From assembly GCA_047967505.1 (NCBI GenBank), contig CM106538.1: a stretch of 64,000 nt of DNA. One strand, given 5' to 3'. This DNA comes from Dipteris shenzhenensis. Taxonomy: Eukaryota. Each line of letters opens with the position of its first letter. The stretch's first letter is position 1. The translations under genes and the position numbers were made by a program. Under the pieces are notes generated by a model. It had not been told where the DNA came from. It searched no databases and worked only from the letters and a program-made list of their open reading frames with translations. This document shows positions 13,599 through 22,976 of this stretch, piece after piece.

Positions 13599-14182
13599 TT
13601 CCACTTGTTAGCAACTAACTATTTCAAGAGGAAGCTAAGTGCAAGAGCATGAGCCCCATACAAGAGCACACACTCTTGAGAGGTCCTATTGTCACAATTA
13701 AGAAGACTCAAAACCCTATGAGGATGGGAGCTCACACGACGGTGGTGCTCCCGAAAGATCAAATAATGCCAAAAGGAATGGCTAGGACAAAAACACCACG
13801 AAGATTGCATCTAATACTATTGCAACATTTTGCAAGAGATTACCCAAAGTGTGCTGAAGACTTGGAGTTACTTCAGTAGATGTGTGTACAAATTTTCCAC
13901 TTGTTACCAACTAACTATTTCAAGAGGAACCTAAGTGCAAGAGCATGAGCCCCATACAAGAACACACACTCCTGAGAGGTCCTATTGTCGCAATTAAGAA
14001 GACTTAAAACCCTATGAGGATGGGATCTCACACGACGGTGGTGCTCTAGAAAGATCAAATAATTCTAGAAGGAATGGCTAGGACAAAAACACCACGAAGA
14101 TTGCATCTGTTACTATCGCAACATTTTGCAAGAGATTACCCAAAGTGCGTTGAAGACTGAAGTTGCTTGAATAGATGTGTAC
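13599..14182 (+). repeat. 296-bp tandem duplication in a decayed copia gag region
   Basis: CCACTTGTTA(G/C)CAACTAACTATTTCAAGAGGA at 13601 and 13897, colinear thereafter. Confidence 0.9.
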
Positions 14183-14309
14183 ACCAAGACAAGGCTACTA
14201 GAGATACAACCTTAAAGGCCCTCGTGGCTTTGCTTCAAGAGGAAGTGAATTATTGATGGTGATAGAAGGAACCACGGTGGAATTTTCCTTTGCATTCAGG
14301 GGGATGTAG

Positions 14310-14785
14310 GAGGACAGCAGTGGACTTAATAGGCATTCGTATCTAGGCTTGAGAGCTAGTTGCCACATGCGCTTTGACATACCAAGATTCTCCTTATACC
14401 AAAATCTTATAAAGGCAAAGGATGTGGTGATAGGCAACAATGGACCCATCATTGTAGTAAGAAAAGACAGAGTGAATATTTCGTTTCCTAATGGAGAGAA
14501 GGGCATCATTTATGACATCATACATGTCCCTAAACTTGATATGACTAGATGTCCATAGCAGTGCTTGACAATGGTGGATCAAAAATCAAAATTGAGGGAG
14601 GGAAGTGCTTATTACTTGAAAATAACATCATATTTTCAAGTGGAACACAAGACGAAGACCCATATAAACTGAATGCAATGCAAGCAAACCAACTAAATCA
14701 ACAAAATACCCTTGCAGTCATTGCAAATGCAATGCATGGGGAACTCTAACACCAAACTTTGGACACATCAGCACAAACAAACTCA
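14310..14785 (+). pseudogene. Degenerate copia protease / GAG-pre-integrase remnant
   Basis: ASCHM, DIIHVPKL and H-QTFGH, resembling GASxHM, VLYVPxL and WHxRLGH. Confidence 0.65.
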
Positions 14786-15821
14786 ACAAGATGGTGACAC
14801 ACTTCTTATAGGATGGATTTGACTACTGTTATGGATAAAATTGTCTAAGGAAAAAGGCATTAATATGTATGTGTGTTTGTATATGTGGCAATAGTATAAT
14901 AAAATATGGTGTGCATAGGGCCCAAGGTTGAGGTGGCAGGGCATGACCATGTGCCACCCTTCCATGTAAGAGGACCCATAAGGTGTGTTGTACATAATCC
15001 ATAACAGTAATATTATAAAATGCAAGGTGGCATGGCTCCTCCATGTGCCACCCCTCCACCTAGGCTGCATTTAGTGAGATATGGCTCAAAGTCCATGGGA
15101 GAAGCAATATAAAATAGGTGGAGATGGATATTATATTGAGTTATACCCTCCATATGAGATAGGCCCATGTGGGGGAGGTATAGAAGGACCAAGAGAGCTA
15201 GTTAAATAATGGGGAAAGTAGGATGAGGTGGCAAGATTCCTTGTGCCAACCCTCCACTTGTCCTCCTAGAGGTTTGAACATATTATAAAATTGGAAAGAG
15301 ACCAAGGGAGTATCATAGACTTGAGATATGGGGCTTGATTTATGTGGAAAATTGAGGCAAAGGGTTGTCGCACACAATTGAGAGTGCGTAACCACCTAGC
15401 CCACATGGGAGACTTTTCCACACACACCATGCATGTGGGAGGATACATTAATGTGGAGAGACCCCCTCTTTTGGCTATAAAAGGAAGGGGCTATTCCTTG
15501 ATGAGACACGCTCATTCTTGTAAAGCCACCTAGCTAGTATTTTGATATTTCCCTTTCATCCCTTCTTTCAAATAAAGTATGGTTCTCTTCCATTGATGTC
15601 TACATCTCAACATTCCTCCTCCTATCATGTACATGCTTCTCTTCCCCCTCTCCCTTTCCCCTTGTGTCATAGTTTCCCTTTTCCTTCCCTCCACTTCTAA
15701 TTCCTTTTTCACCCCTATGACATCCCTTCGCCCTCATGATCTCCTTTTCTCTATGGCCTTTGAGCGTCGCCATACTTAGCCTCTAGCCTCTGGTCTCGAT
15801 AACTTTTCCAGTTAAAAGTTT

Positions 15822-15839
15822 TGGTGTGGCTGCTGGGAT
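15822..15839 (+). promoter_or_regulatory. Primer-binding site complementary to tRNA-His(GUG)
   Basis: TGGTGTGGCTGCTGGGAT is the reverse complement of ATCCCAGCAGCCACA+CCA, the 3' end of plant cytosolic tRNA-His as I recall it; 18 nt. Confidence 0.75.
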
Positions 15840-15952
15840 ACGAATCTCCATGGCTAGTGGCAAATCTTCTACTCGTACGGGTTACATCTACAAAACTATA
15901 CTATCTGTGCACTTTCTAAGCTACTGCGCATGCATTCGATTCGTGCGTCTCC

Positions 15953-16262
15953 TGTGCGACAGTTCTCTGGACTGCTGCGATTTTTGGTTGCGGACAGTTG
16001 TCTACGTTCACCCGCACGACAGTTCTCTGGACTGCTGCGATTTTCGGTTTTCTGTGCGACAGTTCTCTGGACTGCTGTGACTTCTGGTTGCGGACAGTTT
16101 TCTACGTTCACCCGCGCGACAGTTCTCTGGACTGCTGCGATTTCTGGTTTTCTGTGCGACAGTTCTCTGGACTGCTGCGACTTCTTGTTGCGGACAGTTT
16201 TCTGCGCTCACCTGCGCGACAGTTCTCTGGACTGTTGCGGCTTCTGGTCGCAGACTGTTTTC
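15953..16262 (+). repeat. Higher-order minisatellite in the element leader
   Basis: Six copies of CGACAGTTCTCTGGACTG with alternating ~60- and ~40-bp periods. Confidence 0.9.
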
Positions 16263-16371
16263 TGAGCCCCTGCAAAAGAGTAACAGCAGATCCTACGCCC
16301 CCCTATCTCTTCTCTTCTTCTCCTTCTCTTTCTCTTCTCCTTCTCCTCTCCTCTCCTCTCTTTTATTTAAA

Positions 16372-16432
16372 GAGTAGGATTGGAACCCAAGACCTCCCCC
16401 TTCACAAAAGAAAGTCTTATCATTGGGCCAAC
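16372..16432 (-). other. tRNA-like / SINE-head sequence
   Basis: Minus strand TGGCCCAATGA (A-box-like) followed by GGTTCCAATCC (B-box-like) at tRNA spacing. Confidence 0.45.
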
Positions 16433-16643
16433 AAGTTGGAAGTGGTAAAAATGTAATGATTTTTGTTCATATATTGAAATCGCGGGAACTGTAACTCTCT
16501 AATCGTAGGGAGTTTACTCTTGCATTAAAAAGCAAAAATACTTCATTTTATGTGCTCTATCCACATCTCTTGCTAGATCACCGATTCAGAACTTCTCCAA
16601 GCTCACTTCACGAATGCACGCCTCACGAGAAGGGTGGACATTT

Positions 16644-17054
16644 ATGTCACTTCTCGACGCGTTTAAGGAATTGGTGCCTGTTCCTCCGCACCTTACGGCT
16701 ACCAATGCACGAGATGTCTTCCTTGATCTTCATGTCGACCTTCAACGGCTGATTGTCCAGTGCATTATTGAAGGAGATGACGGGTGGAATGATACACCGT
16801 GGATGATTCATGGTGAAGAACTACTGATATGCTGGGAGGATTTTGACTTTACTTCTACTCATTGTGCGGTGATCGAACTACTTGCTGCTTCAGAGGTAAT
16901 TAAAACGGTGTCCTTCATCGAAGGGTGGGATGCTCCCCAAGCTTGGGGGGAGATTTGGTGCATCTGCCTGTTGATTCCTGTGGAAAAGCTCGTCCTGAAT
17001 GGTTTATTCACAATCTCATTACAAAGGTTTCTAGGCCTCGGCTATGGTTGGTAA
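16644..17054 (+). CDS. Cassette ORF1, unknown acidic protein (136 aa; upstream ATG at 16614 possible)
   Basis: Open frame; its stop overlaps the next ATG (TAATG, 17052-17056). Confidence 0.5.
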   Translation: MSLLDAFKELVPVPPHLTATNARDVFLDLHVDLQRLIVQCIIEGDDGWNDTPWMIHGEELLICWEDFDFTSTHCAVIELLAASEVIKTVSFIEGWDAPQAWGEIWCICLLIPVEKLVLNGLFTISLQRFLGLGYGW

Positions 17055-17278
17055 TGTTTCGACCAAGTAATCCATTTGTACCTAATCAGCCTTTTGTGCC
17101 TCATTTCGAGCTTCAAATTGTAATTCTTTTTGGTCTTAAGATAAACTATCAACAAAGGATTGCAAGTTTATTTGGTGCTGAACGTTTGGCTCAAGTGTTG
17201 AATTCTCCCCACCCTCTCCTCCTACCTATCTTGGACTACCGAGAAACTTGGGATGTTCGAATTTTAGTCTTGGTGTGA
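17054..17278 (+). CDS. Cassette ORF2, unknown protein (74 aa)
   Basis: Starts in the TAATG overlap and ends in a TGATG overlap (17276-17280). Confidence 0.5.
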   Translation: MFRPSNPFVPNQPFVPHFELQIVILFGLKINYQQRIASLFGAERLAQVLNSPHPLLLPILDYRETWDVRILVLV

Positions 17279-17742
17279 TGACATCTTGGATTCTTCAATT
17301 TGATGGAGCTTACAAACCTTCGACCAAGGCGGCTGGCGTGGGTGTGAAGCTCACTTCACCGGGTGGTGAGGAGTATTATTACAGCAAGTCTTCACCTGCA
17401 AGTACTTGCAATCAAGCTGAGTACTCGGCGCTCATTTTTGGGCTACAAAAGGCACAAGAACATCATGCCAAGCAATTGGAGGTGCAAGGAGATTCTCAAC
17501 TAGTGTGTGAACAAGTTAGTGGAAGGTGGAAGGTGCGGAGCAAAGGCTTGGTTCCATGACATCAACAAGCCTTGGAACTTTGCAACCAATTTGAAGAGGT
17601 AAAAATTCAGCATATCCCTCGAGCTCGAAATCTTGTTGCTGATTTCTTGGCACGTGAAGCTTGTATTTCAATCACGCATGACGCGAGTGGAAGCGCCACC
17701 CCAACAAAGCCGCAAGCCACGAAGGAGGGTGATCGTTTGTAA
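17278..17742 (+). pseudogene. Ribonuclease HI (archaeal/plant aRH-type), one internal stop at 17557
   Basis: LQFDGA, CNQAEYSALIFGL, VQGDSQLV, then in frame after the TGA, HIPRARNLVADFLA. All four catalytic acidic residues are present. Confidence 0.9.
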
Positions 17743-17878
17743 GGAATGCAAAGGTTGTGGTCATTATGAAACTAAGTGTTGGGCATACTTGATACGAGTT
17801 CACCGACTTCGGAAGATCATCAGGAGGGTTCTCAAGGACATTGCTCAAAAGAAGGATGCCAGACCGCACACCCCTTGA
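17678..17878 (+). CDS. Cassette ORF4, small basic CCHC zinc-knuckle protein (66 aa)
   Basis: CKECKGCGHYETKC fits Cx2Cx4Hx4C, flanked by Arg/Lys-rich runs; overlaps the RNase H end. Confidence 0.6.
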   Translation: MTRVEAPPQQSRKPRRRVIVCKECKGCGHYETKCWAYLIRVHRLRKIIRRVLKDIAQKKDARPHTP

Positions 17879-18020
17879 AGAAATAGCATGGCGACTACAA
17901 GAACTGGAAGAAGCTGAAGGTGATGTGCAAGCTCTCCAACTGTTGACATTTGTCATGGCATTCTTGTTTGCCTTGATGAACAACCTCATACAACGCCGCG
18001 CCTCTAACCCTCGCGTGTAA
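17856..18020 (+). CDS. Cassette ORF5, 54 aa with a hydrophobic segment
   Basis: Manual translation MPDRTPLEEIAWRLQELEEAEGDVQALQLLTFVMAFLFALMNNLIQRRASNPRV; overlaps the ORF4 end. Confidence 0.4.
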   Translation: MPDRTPLEEIAWRLQELEEAEGDVQALQLLTFVMAFLFALMNNLIQRRASNPRV

Positions 18021-18235
18021 TGATCAATGTGATATCATGAGGGTTGGTCCTTTTAAGAGTGTCTATGTGCTATTCTATGCTAAAGATTCTTCTCGTGTAA
18101 TATTTCACACTACACCAGTCACACCCTACCCTGCTTATGTGTGCTTTTTGGATGTATCTTCACCCGATTTTCAGTTCAAGCTTCCTCTTACTATTGTTCG
18201 TCCATAGATAAGCCCCTCTTTTCCATCTTCCAAGC

Positions 18236-18538
18236 ATGGCTGACATTCCTGTGTTTTGTGGACGGGTAGAAGAAAATCCAAATGAGTATCTTATGGCTTT
18301 CAAGGGCCGTTGTGTTTCTCTCAACTTTCTTACTGAAGACAGATGGCTATTGGTTCTTCCCACATTTCTAGAAGGTTTGGCTCAAGTGTGGTATGAGAAG
18401 CAAGCCGAAGATGTTCGCCAAAGCTGGCCAAGGTTGACAGCAGCAATGACTGAGTATTTCGGCAAAGAAGAGGAGCCGGAGAATGTGTACCTGCAGGTGG
18501 CAAATTTGAAGCAGTCAGAAGGTGAGACGGCGCGTTGA
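18236..18538 (+). pseudogene. gag: Gypsy-type gag N-terminus, truncated
   Basis: IPVFCGRVEENPNEYL, LEGLAQVWY, LKQSEGET are typical of retrotransposon gag. Confidence 0.85.
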
Positions 18539-18679
18539 TAACTGACCCCGCTTCAAAGAAGACGATTGTCCCTCCGCATCTCCCTCAATTCCTGCAACAA
18601 CAACCTGGGGGGTCTAACTCAGGGGCATACCCCCACCCCTCATCAGGGATGTATCACACTGCCTCCGCATAGAGAGCGG

Positions 18680-18930
18680 TAGAGCAGAGGGGATCCCTAG
18701 GGAGCATCACTTATGCATATTGTGCGACTGCCAGGAGGTTGAGTCGGAGGAGCATTTTATTTTCAAAGCCCAGTGTACTTCGAGATTCGAGGTCACTATC
18801 ACTATCTCTTCAGAGATGGCTTCGAGCTCCTTTCCAGATTCCTCGACTACCCAGATCAGAGATGCCTCGCTGCCTTTATTCACAAGGGAGTCCGACATAG
18901 AGAGTACTTACTCAAGCGATGGGGCTTGGC
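18680..18930 (+). pseudogene. LINE ORF2 C-terminal zinc-finger fragment
   Basis: LCILCDCQEVESEEHFIF then YFEIRGHYHYLF; a related piece YYEIRGRFHCLF lies at ~20090-20165. Confidence 0.6.
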
Positions 18931-19013
18931 CACATCATCAGACACCTCTCAGAGTAGGATCACAGAGTTCTTCCCATCGAGTGACATTGATCGTCCAGTC
19001 TCTAGCCATAGAC

Positions 19014-19320
19014 TGTTGAGATATGGTGCCATGAGCACATAGATTAAAGGGCTAAGGTATGGTATAGGAAAGAATTAAAGTAGCCACCCTAGGATGTGGA
19101 CTACATGATGTGGAGATGTGGATTGAGGATATCCACAAGGCGAGATGTGGATGAGAGGATCCCACATGGTTTGACTATTCTAAAGGCTCTCTCTATATAA
19201 GAAGCCTATCATGTATTGTTGATCATATAGATTGCTATAGATTGAGTGTTTGCTACCCTATGTCTCTTTCATGGTGCTTTGATCCTCCTTGATCCTTCAC
19301 TTGCACATGGTATCAGAGCA
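19014..19320 (+). mobile_element. LTR (19014-19307) plus tRNA-Met PBS of an element related to element D
   Basis: TGTTGAGA...CACA followed by TGGTATCAGAGCA; U3 similar to 39218-39500. No matching 3' LTR found. Confidence 0.8.
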
Positions 19321-21779
19321 TGGTTGTACCTTTAGTTAAGGCGCCATCCTTCTCAAGAAAGATCGAGAGTGTGAGAGATTGAGAGTTTCTTCTTGAGTGA
19401 CCTTCACTTCCTTCGAGGAATTCCCATTCATTTTAGTTCATCTCTTTTGAGTGTTTGGGAGAGCTCTTTGTGTGTGTGAGAGAGAGAGAAATCCACCCTA
19501 TTCTCCTTCCTGTTTTCGAGAGATGTAGAGAGGTTTTCTATTCTATCCGCACTCTGTTTCTCTCTTCCAGGGACGCCTCATATGTCTTTCAGTACCTTCA
19601 ATCCGGAGGGTTGTTTCAGACAAGTGCAAGCTGTGTTTGCATTGCCTCCAAGACTTCCACAACCTTCAGAGCACCGACTTCCAAGCAACCTTATTACCAA
19701 ATCTCGGCTGTAGACCCGCACAGCAACAAAGGAGGCTCTACCTATGACCCTCAGGTGAAAGCTTCCTGAAGCAGCGTCTCAGAGTTCCAACGATCTCCGT
19801 CAGTGCAAGGAATGCGTAAGGGCTACTCCACCGACAATAAGACAACGCCAACGCCTTCTTCAACGAACAGGCAACTAAGGCCCTCCGTCAACGAAGACCA
19901 ACAGCCAGTCGCCACGGATGGTTCAACCACCTGCAATAGGCTGCACCGAAATCCTCGACTCAACGACAGTCTTCACCGCAACAGCAACTCTCAAACTCTG
20001 AGAGAACACAGCGACAAACGACCATCAGTCGACGGCCTCCTCAGTGACTCCAACTGCGCAGCATCCGGGCTTCCATGAGCTCCGCCCGCTATATTATGAG
20101 ATCAGAGGTAGATTCCACTGTCTCTTCACGGATGGCTTTGGACCTCTCTCACGAGTGATGGACGTCGAGGCAAGCTGGGAAGGTCCCGAGGTCAGCCACA
20201 TCCAAGTAATCCTAGGGACCGGACCTATAGAAGTCACGAGGGAGCTCTCTCTCCTGGAGCGGAGGCCCACCAGAATCTGCAACTGAGGGGGTCGGGCACT
20301 ACAGAGGCAAGCACTACTCAAGCACAATTCTTAGACCAATGTTCCAATACCAGTGAAGTCCTTTCTCAACAAGCACATGTCACCTTATCGATGAAAAAGC
20401 TTAAGGATGCATATACATCCATCTACCATTTGTATAAGGAAAAAATGGATGAGATGCAATCCCAAAAGATATCCATCTCAAATCTTGAACTCCAATTGCT
20501 AGTGTAAAACAATGAGGCAATGGAAGACATCACAAATGAAGTCCCACTACAATGCACAAAAATGATGTACCAAGAGCTTGTGGCCGCTCTACAAGACTTA
20601 GTGGAAGATCTCTTCTTAGAGCACGAGTGCTTATCCAATGGAAACAACTCCAACTCAAGATCATATCCGCTCATCCAAACATCAAATGGGAACATTTTAT
20701 AGGGGAAAAAACTCTATGCAAAATTTGCCAAGGCTTGTCTGAAGATGAAAAAATTATCTTCTGCCTATCCATACATGTGTAGGCCTTACCTCAGGGTCAT
20801 TGGTGTTTTTTTCCATTTCCACAAAATCCATCACTATTATCTATAGGGAATGACTTCACCAACATCCCACCCTTGCCAACTGATGATCCCATCTCACCAA
20901 CAAAAGAAGTGTCGGAGGATAACATGGCCTGTCTCACATCTAACTTGCCATATCTAACCACTCTCTATACCAATCTCATACCCTCACTTACCCTTGCTTC
21001 TACCACCTTTTAACCTTCCCTGAGATCTAGCCAAATATATACTCCCTTAATTATCTCTTTGCTCATGCCTCACACCACTTTCAACTCACCCAGCAGTCAC
21101 AAACTTACCAGCCCCTCACACTTAACTTCTTCAATTCCCTTGCTAATCCTACCCCTAAGGATCTGCTCAAACTAGTTTTCCTAGTTCTTCCCTCCCTCCC
21201 CTCCAATTCCCCTCCCACAACTAGCACTCTTTCATATTACTCCCCCATGTCCCCAGATTCTCTCCATGCCCCATCATCACCTCTGTCACTACTTGTACTG
21301 CCATCAATAGAAATTGACCCAATATTTGATTTTGAATATCAAGATCTAGATAATTTGAATCGTATTTTCATGCCATATTCCAATGATGGGCATGATTTTT
21401 ATATAATACCACTTTCCAGTAACCCCATCAAGGATTTCTGGAACAATTATCTTGATATGAAAACTTAAGGTGAGTGGACCCTGAACAACTTTCCTACTAG
21501 CCTTCATCAGCACCAAATTACTGAAGCTTCGATCCCCAACTTCGTTGGTGCCGGTCCCAAGCTCTTTGATGTAATCTTCTTGAAAGAATATCTATGTGCA
21601 CCTCCATGCCTCAGAAGCCATCCCAAGTTCTACATAGTTCCACAATGGCATAGATGGGAGACCAACATACACACTTTGGGTGAGGATCACACCATTAATT
21701 GGCCAATGATCAAGCCATACTCTGGTGTAGAATGGAACATCCAATGCACACTCATCTAAGCACTTCAACAGCATGAGAC

Positions 21780-22260
21780 AATAATGCGAGTCAACATTGA
21801 CCACATCCTTCAACAAAGTGCTATCTTTTGCAAAACCTTGAAATACATTCTCGAGGTCCCCAACCACATCGACTGCCATTTTCCTATAGTCAATTTCAAT
21901 CCCAATGGACAAATCGATGCTCAGACTACAAGCAAACTCTATCAAAGAGTCATCTTCTTAGAAGCATGCCACATATCTCTGTTTGAACAAATGGTGGATA
22001 CAGGTTTGTTGGAAATAGACAATAATGCGAGTCAACATTGACCACATCCTTCGACAAAGTGCTATCTTTTGCAAAACCTTGGAATAAATTCTTGAGGTCC
22101 CCAACCACATCGACCACCATTTTCCTACAATCAATTTCAATCCCAGTGGATAGATCGATGCTCAGACTGCAAGTAGACTCTATCAAAGAGTCATCTTCTT
22201 AGAAGCATGCCACGTATCTCTCTTTGAACAAATGGTGGATACAGGCTTGTTGGAAATAGA
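21780..22260 (+). repeat. 241-bp tandem duplication
   Basis: AATAATGCGAGTCAACATTGACCACATCC at 21780 and 22021, colinear. Confidence 0.9.
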
Positions 22261-22819
22261 GCATAAATTGTATGGTGCAAAGGCATTATAGTAGGATCGA
22301 TTAGCACGCCACAAGTTTGACATCCACTAGGTTATGCAGATGGCATCCCAAACTCCATGATGACAATAAGACATTACCCAAGGGCGGATATGTTTGGATA
22401 TCTTATCTCAAAAAAGTTGTAGATATTGTGAACTGAATTTGATATATCAAATGACAAGAGGATTAGGCATTATTTATTATGGATTTGAGGTCCAAGACCA
22501 TGGGGTAGCAAAGAGGTTGACAATAAGATGGAAAGGGAGACAAGGAGACTAGTGCTCCTGAGATAATAAGAAGGAAGTTATCTAATTTGGGTGCACTTGG
22601 TTGAGACACTACATTACAGATTACCCAAAGAAAATAGGATATGGGAAAGGAAAGACAAAGAATCATGCAAACCTAAGCAAGGAAAAGAGGAGAGTCCATT
22701 AGACATTGGTGCTGGCCAAACAAGTACTAGAGAAAGTGAATGTAGCACTAGTAGCATGATGGAAGAAGAAGAGTAGCATGATGAAAGTACTAGTAGCACG
22801 ATGGAAGAAGAAGAGGTGC

Positions 22820-22850
<31 letters not shown>

Positions 22851-22852
22851 CC

Positions 22853-22895
<43 letters not shown>

Positions 22896-22920
22896 CCCCT
22901 CTCTCTCTCTCCCCCCCCTC

Positions 22921-22976
22921 TTCCTATACCATACCTTAGCCTTTAATCTATGTGCTCATGGCACCATATCTCAACA
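22921..22976 (-). repeat. First 56 bp of the 5' LTR of element D, displaced by inversion
   Basis: Reverse complement of TGTTGAGATATGGTGCCATGAGC...; preceded on the minus strand by ACTCC, matching 39558-39562. Confidence 0.85.

Larger units (their letters stand above)
14827..18538 (+). mobile_element. Truncated LTR retroelement: ~1-kb LTR, tRNA-His-type PBS, ORF cassette, gag
   Basis: TGTTA start at 14827, TATAAAAG at ~15476, PBS at 15822, gag from 18236. No 3' half is present, so the LTR limits are inferred. Confidence 0.7.

Noticed and set aside
15953-16262. CRISPR-like repeat-spacer appearance
   Set aside because: Spacers are themselves repeats, there are no cas genes, and the context is a eukaryotic retroelement.
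19014-22976. Single element with inverted LTRs (DIRS-like)
   Set aside because: The inverted 56 bp at 22921-22976 pairs by TSD ACTCC with element D at 39557 and is explained by an inversion; no tyrosine recombinase was seen.
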